DNA of 64,000 nucleotides from contig NC_087441.1 in assembly GCF_036321535.1 (NCBI RefSeq), forward strand, positions 35,030,001 through 35,094,000, in the 5' to 3' direction. The notes beneath the pieces are model-generated. The model worked only from the letters and a program-made list of their open reading frames with translations, made no database searches and was not told the DNA's origin. This DNA comes from Camelus dromedarius. Taxonomy: Eukaryota. The translations under genes and the position numbers were made by a program. Shown here piece by piece: positions 52,981 to 64,000 of the stretch (position 1 is its first letter; each line of letters opens with the position of its first letter).

Positions 52981-53479
52981 TCAGGTATCTGAGTTTCTCA
53001 ACCCATAGGAGATTCAAAAAGTCATACAGAAAGAGTGAACAGTAAGACCTATTACATACTTCAGATGAAATAACATCTCACAGTTTGAAAATAAAGATGA
53101 AGACAGGTAACATGCAAAAAAGAAAATAAGGAATTTCAAAAAAATTTCAAAAGTGTGGAGTCTTTAAGTCAAGGACTTACTGCATATAGCATCCTGGGAA
53201 ACCCCTCAGTCCCAGGAAAATCAGGACAGTTGGTCATGCTCCTTGGAAGTGTAGGGGTTCTTGCAGTGATTTGCATAAATAGGAATACAAGGGGTCATTA
53301 GGATATGGAGGACTCAAGGTAGGTGGTACTGAGGCTCTGAGGTTGCTGTTTAGGGGGGAGGGTAGTAAGAAACTAGCCAGAAGCACACAGAATTCTTAGG
53401 TTCTGCATTGACTTGTGCTGATTGGAAACATGGAATACACGAGAAACATCTTATGTTAAGCAATCAGAGCATGAAGAAT

Positions 53480-54640
53480 AAAAATCGACAGATCAAAGAA
53501 TCAGACATCCCAAACAGGTCAAAGGACAAGAGTAGTTGTGAATCTCTGCATTGGTGTTAAAAAAGAGAGAGAATATAGGATGCTATGCCCAGAGAGTTTA
53601 TGAATTTGAGACTTTAGGAAGGACAACTTTATAGAAGTCCAGGGTGTAACTACAAAAGGGGCTGGGTGAGAAGGAGTAAAAGGGAAGATGACTGCTGGAG
53701 TTGTGGAGGTCAAAAACTGGGAGGCTGTGGTGCTAGATATAGACATGAAGTCGCCCAGAACGAGGACAGGAGATGGCAGGGAGAAGATGACTGTACACCA
53801 GTTACTGAAGTGATCAGTGAAGGAGTGCTTTGTTCAGGTGGTGAATAGATCACAGGAATGAGCAGTGGTAGTTGACAGTATAGCCCAATGGCTCAAAAGA
53901 ACAGGAATGAGTGTGAGAGGGTACAGAAATAATGGTCTAGAGGTGGGATGTGGGTGTTTGGAGGATGTGTGACCCACATCCCTATGCTGACAGCCCTGAA
54001 CTATGGAATAATAAACAGTCTCCAATAGAAAGCACTCAAGGGAAGGGATATCCCCAGGAGGGTCAAGTTTCAGGGCAAGGAAAAAGGTGGAGGTTAAGAG
54101 GAGTTTATTGTGATTGAACAGGTGTTCTAGAAGGTAGGACGGAATGGTTTTGAAGGAAGAATAAAAAGCAGGGATTAGGTCAGGGAGAGGCAGCACAAAG
54201 CATAACAACATTTCAAGGCAGAGAGGAGAACTGAGTAGACAAACGATAAAAACAAAGATTTGAAGCATTAGAAAATTATGTTTCGCAAGGCTAACAAAAT
54301 TATACGTTGCAAGACTGGCAACGGGGGAATTTAGGAAGAGCTAGAGCTCTGCTGTGGGACGTGGAATTCCTTTTCCTTCTGAGGTAAGGGGGTGAGGGAC
54401 AGATGCAGACGGATCAAGGCAGCTTAGGGAGGCAATCAAAGAACCTGCAGTCATGTGCAGGAATGGAGGCCAGGAAAGCACGTGGGAGGAAATTCTGCGG
54501 GGACACCACAATTGTAGGGACAGTTATGAGGAAGGAGGGCTCCAGGGAGGCGTTGGGGTGAGGTGGCAAGGGATGCTACTTCAAATCAGTGGGGAAGGAA
54601 TCAGTTACATAACAAATGGATTTGAGGCAAGACTAGAGAT
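53480..54640 (-). mobile_element. L2 body fragment
   Basis: Purine-rich plus strand typical of antisense L2 ORF2; boundaries approximate. Confidence 0.5.
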
Positions 54641-54669
54641 TTAAAATTAGTAATAATAAAGTTAGATTA

Positions 54670-54760
54670 CAGAGGGTGGTTCAATCCCCAGTACCTCCTC
54701 CAAAAAATAAATAAATAAGTAAACCTAATTACTGCCCCCTCAATTTTTTAAATTAAAAAA
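54670..54760 (+). mobile_element. 5'-truncated Vic-1-like SINE
   Basis: ggttcaatccccagtacctcc...aaataaataagtaaacctaattact, same tail as the SINE at 14.2 kb. Confidence 0.7.
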
Positions 54761-54799
54761 ATAGTATCAGTTGTATTTTTAAAAAAAGGAAAAAAGAAT

Positions 54800-55830
54800 A
54801 TATATATATAAATTAATTACCTACTTCATTTCCTACTAAAATAATTTTCAAAGGATTAAAAAGTTAAATTACAAAAATCAAAAGTACTATAAAAATGTAG
54901 GTGAATATGTTCACAGGTGGGAAAGTCCTTCTCAAGCTTAACAAAATCAGAAACTATGCAAGAAGAAATTGACACCTTTGACATCCATAAGATTCAAGTA
55001 TTTTACAAAGCATTGCTGCCTAAATAGTTAATGGCAAAAAAAAGAAGAACCTGACTGGAAAAACATAAGAACCTGACTGAAAAAACACTGTCTTATTGCA
55101 ACATAAGACATACAAAGAGTTAATATCCTTATGAATAAAAAGCTCTTGAAACAAAAAAAGATTTCAAACAGGCAAAGACTATAAAAAAGCAATTCATAAA
55201 AATAAATCCAAAATATCCAATAAACATATTGGTTGTGTAAAAATATTCAGCCTTACTAGCAAACAAAGAAATACAAATATGAACTATCTTTTCCCACCCA
55301 TTTCTAAATTTAAAATTTTTGAAACAGTATTAGTATTAGTGAAAGTTTTATTTTGAGTATAAACTGCTACAGGTTTCATGAAAAGATATTTTTGTAAAGT
55401 GTATCAAAAATGTTTAAAAAGTGAATATCCTCTGATCTAGCAACTCCATCTGTAAAAATTTGTTCAAATAAATTAATAAAATAGCTGTGTACAGTATATA
55501 AGGATTACAAGCAGAGTTATCTACTAAGATATTATTTATAATACCAAATTTGGGAACATTCTGAGTATTTTTCAATAAGGATTAGTCAAAAATTTAATAG
55601 AACACTACGTAGCCATTAAAAATATGATTTATTGCCTTGAAAAGATATAGTAAAATGACATGCTAAGTGGGAAATAGTGCATATATCACTTTTGTTTTTA
55701 AAGAGCTACATATATGCAAAAAGTTTAAAGTTAATGGTGGAAATACAGATGGACCTTATTTTCTTCTTAATACAATTCTGAAATTTCTGATTTTTCATTG
55801 CAATGTATATTATCTCAAAAATGCTATTTC
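54800..55830 (+). mobile_element. Old L1ME-like ORF2 end and 3' UTR
   Basis: A-rich decayed L1 motifs (aaagagttaatatcc, aaaagcaattc, tctgatctagcaactccatctg, agccattaaaaa). Confidence 0.55.
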
Positions 55831-56754
55831 AAAAATAGAAAGTTTAAAATTTAGTGGTATTTTAAGCGGCAAACATTACCTGCCCAGAAAACAACATGTG
55901 GAACAACTCATTATAATGTAATGATGGAGAGGTGATGAAGATTGAGATTGAAAGAAAAAAAATCACTTGATTATATTTTTACATCTAGTTAACAAATAAA
56001 GTAGACTGACAAATAAAGTAAACCTTTACCAGTCCTTCTGTAAGATAATTTGAGATGTCCTTAGATACAACCTAAACTGTTGTCCTTAGACAGAATCGTA
56101 TTTTATTAATCCATATTTTAAGCGGATTATATTGATACAAAACCACAAAATGAAGAACTGAACCAATTAGCTATTAAGACCAATAGCAATTATTGACAAG
56201 TAATCTGAAAAGTTTTCAACAAATTAGGTAAATTAAGATACTTTCTTAAGGAGTTCATAAAAATAAACATCTATGAGTTTAAAAATGCTTTATTTCCTCC
56301 CATTTTGCGTTACACCTGAAAAGTTAATATTTCCTTTCAAAGCATTCAAACCTAGAAACCAAACATTGACTTCTCAGAGTTGGAACAACCTATGCTGGAT
56401 TTTAGAAGCTTAATATTCTTTGGCAAAAGTCCACAAGCATTTCAGGGAGCTGCCCCAAATCCATCCTGTGAGGGAAGTATTCCTCACTTCCTCTGAAAAC
56501 TTTCTCCCACTTCTCCCTGAGGCAAACAAAACCTGTGCCCTCCATGTGGTAGACTGGCCCCATTTCCACACTGTCAAATCCATATGGTACAAATGAACGG
56601 AAAACCTGAAATGACCTCGTTTAGATCTATACCTGGTTCAGTGGCAGCAGACTCTGACCATGTCAGGATACAGTGGATGCACTGCCCAAGTTATAACACT
56701 GCTTATTCTGTAACCATCTTTACAATTGATGCTGAGGAAGGGCACAGTTCAACT

Positions 56755-57120
56755 GACTAGCAATTGAAAATCCAGGTCTTGGCAAGGTTGGTTTCTTCTT
56801 GGGAACTCAGGAGAAATCTGTTCCATGCCTCTCTCCTAGCTTCTGGTGGTGGCTGGCAAATCTTGGAATCCCTTACAGCCACATAACTCCAATTCCTACT
56901 TCCATCATCACGTATTTGTCTTCCCTCTATGCGTATCCCTCTCTGTCTCTTCTCTTCTTCTTATAAGGACACCAGTTACATTGGGTTATGGACCCACCTT
57001 ACTCCAGTATGACCCCATCTTAACCAATTACAAGGGCAATGACCTTATTTCTACATTAGGCCTCATTTTTGTGGTTCCAGGAACTATATGAATTTTAAGG
57101 AGACATTATCCAACCCAGCA
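56755..57120 (-). mobile_element. MLT1C-like solo LTR
   Basis: ctagcttctggtggtggctggc...cttataaggacaccagttacattggg...cccaccttactccagtatgacc is the antisense MLT1C consensus. Confidence 0.75.
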
Positions 57121-59829
57121 AATCCATCAATTCTGCCCTTTTATTGCTATCTTTGTAAACAGTGCTAGCCCTCAACCTCCAGCCAAGAATCAGAGCACTC
57201 TTCATTCCCACTTCTCCTTAACTTCATATCCCAATTACCATCAAGCCTGATCATTTTCCACTCCTAATATTCCTAGCCTTTGAATACTCTGATTCATCTC
57301 TGATTCTTCATCCCTAATCTCTGACTCACTCTCCAGCATCTCTTGCTTGGGCAACAACAGTCTCTCCAAAACTCCTCAAATCCAACCTCCTCTGAGCTAC
57401 AAGAGTATGTGTATGTGTATATATATATATGTATATACAGCTTCAAGACACATTAGAAAGATGAAGAGTTGTTTTTTGTGTTTGTTTGCTTTTCTAATCC
57501 ATCATTACTGTGAAAAGTTCTGCTTCCTTACTGCAATGAGCACAATTATGATAGATGTCCTTCTTCAGGGATATAGAAACTGAGAGGTGGAATGGTTTCT
57601 GTGGAAGCCCTGACCTTTGTAAAATCTTTTTCTGGCTTGGTAGACTCTTTACAAACCTTTAGAATGTGGCAAAGTCATTATATCTATCATCTAGCTTTTT
57701 ATTAGATCTTATTAGATTTGGGAAAGACAGACAAGAGGGGCTTATTTCAGTTTTGAGATTTAATAATATACCTGGCTCCAGAAACTCCATGATAGAAGTA
57801 CTTATTCTCATTTTTTAAATAAAAAAAAATAGTAAAAGAATGTAATTGCACGAGCCAGCCATCCTTATTCACACACACACACACAATACAAACACACACT
57901 GATTTTTAAAACTGTTTTCTTCTGAGACATAATAGCCCATCCCATAAAGATTAGTCTAGAAGTAAATCACCTCATAGTCACTTAATATAAGCATGCTTGG
58001 GAAGATCACTTAATTCCTTCCTATCTTCCATGGATTTATTCCTGAAACTATCACATTGAATCTGGGTTTCTTCTTTTCCTTCATCGAAAAAGTGAAAACC
58101 TACAGTTAACCATGCTGATTTCCCCACTCCCAAAGGGGTTCTTTTTCATCAGCACAGTAGATTTTAGGTCTTTCAAAAAATAGAGACCACGAGGAGGGAG
58201 AATCCAAGAGGCAGAGGAAGGCATTTGGCTCCGTTTGTATTGTCTATAAATGCTTCTGCTGCTAGTCCCCAAAACAGGTGTTCAAGCTGTGTTGGCTCGA
58301 GACAACATAATCTTAAAGAGTCTCCATTCCCTTGGCCCACTTTCCAGTCTAAGAAATCCTAGTCTAACTGATCCAGGATTGTAGGTGAGAATACTTCCTT
58401 CTATCCAGGAATATATACAAATCTGAATTGTTTTATTCTTCTTAATCAGCTCAGAACTTCTTTTCCAACCAATCACCCAACTCTTGGACACCATCACATT
58501 TTAAGAATAGGAGTTATTAGAGAACACAAATCCACTTTGATTTGGAAAGTCCATAGCATGCTCTAAACCTGGGCAGAAGCACAAAATTGCTATTTGCCAT
58601 TGAGAGTGAGAATAAAAACATATCCCACTTGAGTGTAAAGTAGACTACTTATTTGATTTCTCAAAGTCAACTGCACTTCAGATAAACAGGGAAAAATGAT
58701 AATAATCACTGTTAGGTTTTCTGGGTATGTTCAAGTGCTCTCTTTATGTAATGTTACTAACTGATAGTGACATAAAAATACATAGAGCGTATTAATATAA
58801 AAATTACTGAGACCAACAGGATTCATTAGAGAATGTATTAACCACAAGTTTTAAAACAGGAAGAGACCTGGATTTATCCTTAATACATGATTTTTGCACA
58901 TGTAAATCACTTACACATGGGCCTTAGATCTCTACATCTAATAATAAAATATATTTAACTACTACTTCTAAGAATTATATAGCATCATAGTTAAGGAAGC
59001 TTATTTTATTATAGGATTCATAGGGTGTTTTTTCTGTTATTCAGAAAGGAATGATTTTTTTTTTCTAACTTAATTAAAATTTTGTGTCGAAGGAATGGAA
59101 AACCACTATCAAGTCATTCAGGTCTGAGTCTCGCTAATACCTTAAAATACAATTTTTATATTGCTTTCTTTCACATTCTCAATGGGCACTGCAGGAAATT
59201 TTGTCTTAAATAAACCTGATTTACACTCATTTGGCATTAAACAAAGGTATGGGGGTGGAGGGGTGAATAGGCAGAGAACAGAGGATTTTTAGGGCAGTGA
59301 AAATACTCTATGATATTANNNNNNNNNNNNNNNNNNNNNNNNNNNNNNNNNNNNNNNNNNNNNNNNNNNNNNNNNNNNNNNNNNNNNNNNNNNNNNNNNN
59401 NNNNNNNNNNNNNNNNNNNNNNNNNNNNNNNNNNNNNNNNNNNNNNNNNNNNNNNNNNNNNNNNNNNNNNNNNNNNNNNNNNNNNNNNNNNNNNNNNNNN
59501 NNNNNNNNNNNNNNNNNNNNNNNNNNNNNNNNNNNNNNNNNNNNNNNNNNNNNNNNNNNNNNNNNNNNNNNNNNNNNNNNNNNNATCTTTAGAAATATTT
59601 TATTTCTGAGAAATATTACAGTTTTTTAAATTTGTTTGCTGTATTTGAGCTCTGAATATGAAAGAAAGCAAAGTGTTTCCTCTCCAACATTCTCTCTCTC
59701 TATATATATCAAATCCTATATGATCCAGCATGAAACATTAATTTTTCCAGAATTTTCTACACTTTATAAATGTGTAACTTCTACATGTCATTCTACAATG
59801 CTCTTAAGAAGTTAGACATATGTTTATCA

Positions 59830-60290
59830 TCCAACCCAGCACTGCACTGCTAAATATCTATCCAAGAGAAAAGAAAACAAAGATTTGCACGTCAACATTC
59901 TTAACATCATGACTCATAATAGTCTCAAATTTTAAAACAATCCAAATGTCGAACCACTGACGAATAGATAGACAAAATGTGGTATATCCATACAATGGAA
60001 AACTTCTGAACTGATACACTACAACACAGATAAAACTCAAAAACAATATGTTAAGTGAAAGAAGCCATAAACAAAAGATCACATATTTGATGATTCCATT
60101 TTTATAAAATATCCAGAGAAGGCAAATCTATAGACTGAAAGTAGATTAGTGGTTTGCCTGAAGCTGGGGGTAAGAATAGAGATTAACTATAAATGGGCAT
60201 TGAAGGATCTTACTGCAGTGATGAAAATGTTCTAAAACTTAATTATGGTGATGGTTTTACAACTTGGCAAAATGTCTTTAAAAATTATTG
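59830..60290 (+). mobile_element. L1M 3' UTR fragment (a further L1 piece abuts N gap 59319-59584)
   Basis: caaatgtcgaaccactgacgaatagatagacaaaatgtggtatatccatacaatggaa...ggcaaatctatagactgaaagtagattagtgg. Confidence 0.75.
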
Positions 60291-61399
60291 AAAGGAGTAA
60301 ATTTCTAAAAATCTAAATTTCTAGTTTAAAATTGACTAAAGAAGAGAAAAAATCCTTTAACAAAAATAAAATTTGGCACAATTTAAAATATCCTGCATAA
60401 GGTATTCCATGAACCTTTGAAGAAAGACTTCATTTTTGTTGAAGAAAGTTTTGGTAAAGATAAAACAAAAGTCAATTACTAAAAACTTCATGCAAATTTT
60501 TTCCAACATATATTTTGCTTCAGAATTATATCATTTGATCTTCCAAAACATTGTTTTAGAAAGTGAACTCCCTTAAAATAGTGTCAGTTGAGGTGTATTG
60601 ACCAACACAGGACTTACTAACAGAAAAAAAAAGGTTTTCAAAATGCTGGTCTAACTAACCTTGATCCAGAACCTACTCCATTACAGAACTTCCTGTGAGC
60701 TTTATAGCCATCAAATCTCATTTTAATAATCCAAAGTCTGAGCTTTTTGAATATTAAATGCCAGAAGGAATTTTTTTAAGTGTAGCAGTGCCAGTAAGAC
60801 GAAAGGCATCTTATGAAGAGATAAAGTGGACAGATGGAATCTGTATGTACGCAGAGAGAAACGCAATACTCACAGCAGTTCTAATCCAGTACTTTTTCAG
60901 TATCCAAACCATTAATATGAGTGTCTTAATTTCTTTAGTTTTTCTAGGTGAATGTCTGTCGTCGGCCTCTAATCTCCACTACTTTACAGTCCTGCACAGA
61001 CTCCGGCTAATACCATATGCAGGTTTTTCTTTGGGGGGGGGGGGTAGTGCCCCGCTTGTACCAAGAGCTCTTTCAAAGGACCCATGTTTGGATGCGTTCC
61101 CTGGGATGAGTTCTACAAAGACAGAACTAGCCCGTCCGTCTCAGCCTCACTGGGCAGAGGTGTGCCAGACCGGCAGCTGGTAAATCAAGGTCATCTCCCC
61201 CAGAAGGCACTTTCAGGAGCTTCCCCAACGGCCTGCAGCAGCATCAGTAGTCAGGACCCTCCATCTCCTGAGGCTGCCACCACACTGCACTCGCGTCCCT
61301 CCCTGGCTGCCGGCCAGGGTCCTAGGCTCCGTGATATTCCAAGAGCTGCAGGGAACCGATGATTTCACCTGAACTAATCATTCCCATATTTTATCAAAT

Positions 61400-62420
61400 T
61401 ATGGACCGGAACCGGTAAGGTGAGGTGACTTGGCTAAAGCCACACAGCTCGATGCGGGCAGGACACGGGTCTCTGATGACCCAGTGGACGCGAGCCGCCG
61501 CCTGGGGCTGGGAACGCGCAGCCCATGGGAAACGACGTGGCATTGCCGGTGCGAGAAGAGAAGGGCTCAGCAACTTATGAGAGTAGGTCACCAACGTCCA
61601 CCGTCAGGGCAGAGTGGGCAAAAAGAGGTGACCAGCCTTCTCTGTAACGCCTGTTGACCCGAGCGCCCCCTTTCACCCTGTAAGTACCCCTGCATGTTAA
61701 ATGATGTGGTTATTCTAGCAAAAGAGGCATCCGCTTTGAATTCCCCCTATGTTTGCGCATACTAGGAGGAAAAGAGGAAAGTTGCACTTACCGCAAATTC
61801 GCTCGCGGTCTCCCCCGACTCCCCAAGTCCTCTCCCTCCGTCGTCGCACCGACGGCAACACTCCCGCCGCCCCCTCACCGCGTACGTACCAGCCGCGCGC
61901 AGAGCTGCCTGCCGAGCCGGGCTGGGTCTCCGCGCGCTCGGGCTCGCCCGGCCTCTCTGTGGCCGCGAGCTGGGACGCGGGCTCTAGCTCGCCGCCGCCT
62001 CCACCGTCCACGAGGAAGCGGCCGCTTCTGAGAGGCCGGGCTGGGGCGCAGCCAGGAGGTGGCGGCGACTCCGGGGGCGGAGAGAGCGGCCGCCGGGACC
62101 CGCCCCCGAGCGTAGAGCGCGGCTCCCCCCACGAGGTCCGGCTCTCTGAGTAGCCCGCGCCGCCGCGGGGTTCTCGGGCCGGCGCGTCGGTGGCTTTTCC
62201 CTCTTGGCCACCCTGGGCAGCGTTCTTTTTTCCTGCGAACGCGTTAACAGACAATTAATCGTCTGTAATCACCACAGAACCTCCCTGCCTACCACTCTCA
62301 GTTCCCCTGAGTGACTGTTAAGGTTCTGGTAGGAATTTGCTGGATGTGACTGCGGGAATTTTGCTTCCTGTCCTGCTCCCGGAGGCCACCTCCGAACCAC
62401 TTGTGCTAGCCCCGGAGCGT
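61400..62420. promoter_or_regulatory. CpG-island promoter with GC boxes
   Basis: Abrupt rise to very high GC with dense CpG. GGGCGG/CCGCCC boxes near 62075-62107. Confidence 0.9.
61792..62100 (-). other. Putative non-coding first exon of the minus-strand host gene (TSS position approximate)
   Basis: No ATG on the minus strand from 62080 to 61792. Three GT donors: CTG|GTACGT (61890/61889), GCG|GTGAGG (61879/61878), GCG|GTAAGT (61792/61791). Confidence 0.6.
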
Positions 62421-63292
62421 CTGTGCTCCAAGCGTCAAAGAAAGGTAGGAATGTACCTGGTTTTCTTATCTGCACCCGGAATGTGGGTCTTCGTGTTTAT
62501 TAACAGATTGTTTCAACAGATTAGGAAGCCATGTGCAGTGTAGACAATTTTTGGACAAAGAAAAGCAGAAATCAGTGTCTATCAAGTTCCACTTCAAGGT
62601 TTTCACCAAGGAAAATGAAGTCCTTACTATTAAGGCCTCATTGTGTCCTTTAGAAAGCATAAAAGATACTGCTAACAAAGTAAGGTGCCCTTCTCTGCTT
62701 CCTGAGGTGATTTCTCCTCACTGAAGTCCTGAGATCTCTGGTTTCCTGAGAGAAGTGATCAGTGTCCTAAGTCTTCTTAACACCAGTTTGTTAGTTGGTA
62801 CTGGTTGGCATCGGTTGATACTGTGCTCCGGCTTCCTCCCCAAGGCCGATGACACCCACCACTTCACTACTGACTACTTCCAATATCTTCATAGGCAAAG
62901 GCTATGTGAGATATTAAAGTATTTTATTTAAAGTATCTGTCAACGGTGCTACCGTCAGGCTCTTTAAATTATTTAATATTCCTACCCCTACAATGTGGTT
63001 GGTAATAATATCTCTATTTTCAGGTAAATAAACTGAGGCTCACCAAGGTTAAATAATTTGAATAAAGTGAAATAATTAGGAAGACTTCAAGGCAGTTTTT
63101 GAGCTCAAGTCTTCCTGCCTTTATGGTTGATGACATCTTTAAATTATCCCTGTTAGTAAAGCTTATGATATTTCTAAATGACAACATTGGTACACTTTGT
63201 TTTTTAAAAACATAGTTATTTGTATGGAAATACAAACAGTAATTAAAGAGATTGAGATTTATCTATGTATTTAGTGTAACTTCAAATCTTAC

Positions 63293-63428
63293 TATTTTAT
63301 TGTATAATAGAATATAATATTATTTAAGGCAAAGATACATTATTTATAAATTAAGACATCATCACATATATTTCTAAGGCTTATTATTATTTTATTGTGT
63401 AATAGAATATAATATTATTTAAGGCAAA
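63293..63428 (+). repeat. 41-bp local direct duplication (63293-63333 and 63388-63428)
   Basis: tattttattgt(a/g)taatagaatataatattatttaaggcaaa, one mismatch. Confidence 0.85.
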
Positions 63429-64000
63429 TTACTCTAAGGCCTATTTATTTTAGAGGGCCTATTGTAGAGATGTCCGGATTTATGAACTTCACTGCAATAA
63501 TTGGATTTTTATAATTCTGCAACTGTATTCCTTATACTTACAAAATACGTCTTGTAAGATCTGTATTTTGGGGCAAATTTGATAAAACCATTAGCTCTCA
63601 CTGATGCACTTTTAAGTTACATATTTGAAATCATCAGAATCACTTGAATGTATGCTCCATGAAAGTTGTATCTTTGGTGGCTAGAATAGTACCTGTACAA
63701 AATAGCTGCTTAATAAGCAGTTTATAAATCAATTTTAAAAATCTCATTTTCTTCCATTAAGACAAAATAATGACTTAAGATAACACTCCTTATAGATTAC
63801 TTTTGTCTGTTTATAGTAGACTGAACATTTTTGATAGCTCCTCATTTCTACTAGCAAAGTAAGGGAGATGATGAAGTCAGGAAAAGAACCTGAAGGTTTG
63901 CAGCAGCTGCTGTTGGGAATGGTAGCAAGAACTTGGCTATTAAAACAAACAAGCGTAGAAACAAAAAAGTTTGCATCCAGGAATTGATGATAGCAGTAGT

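Noticed and set aside
11250-59629. ORF-track entries full of X (11250, 16228-16516, 29515-29834, 59297-59629)
   Set aside because: Artefacts of N gaps, not real open frames.
61715-62254. Long ORFs (134-179 aa) on both strands of the CpG island
   Set aside because: Expected from stop-poor GC-rich DNA. Products are low-complexity R/P/G/A with no recognisable domain, and several need non-ATG starts.
1-64000. CRISPR arrays, operons, rRNA or other prokaryotic systems
   Set aside because: The sequence is clearly mammalian (LINE/SINE/ERV content, CpG depletion), and no regularly spaced repeat-spacer array was seen.

Overview
Mammalian genomic DNA, probably camelid (alpaca/camel), judged from Vic-1-like tRNA-derived SINEs and the style of the young L1 3' UTRs. 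It is AT-rich and dense in transposable elements, with four N gaps. The window looks like almost the whole first intron (~61 kb) of a minus-strand gene. A CpG-island promoter and ATG-free first exon lie at ~61.8-62.1 kb, and a long uORF-containing 5'-leader exon starts at 350 and runs off the left edge. No host protein-coding exon was recognised, and most ORF-track entries look like chance ORFs or decayed TE frames. The main discovery is a decayed endogenous parvoviral element at ~35,865-36,325 (+). Its three reading frames give collinear matches to the C-terminal half of the dependoparvovirus (AAV, best AAV5-like) capsid VP. Also notable: (1) an old ERV-L provirus (MLT2 LTRs, gag, pol, dUTPase) carrying a much younger ~580-bp inverted templated duplication; (2) a ~3.1-kb polyadenylated, TSD-flanked ERV1-derived retrocopy splitting an MLT1 LTR, with a nested L1; (3) an RFX/X-box-rich candidate alternative promoter and first exon at ~48.7-48.9 kb; (4) a 144-bp dispersed direct duplication. 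All alignments were done by eye against remembered reference sequences and need database confirmation.
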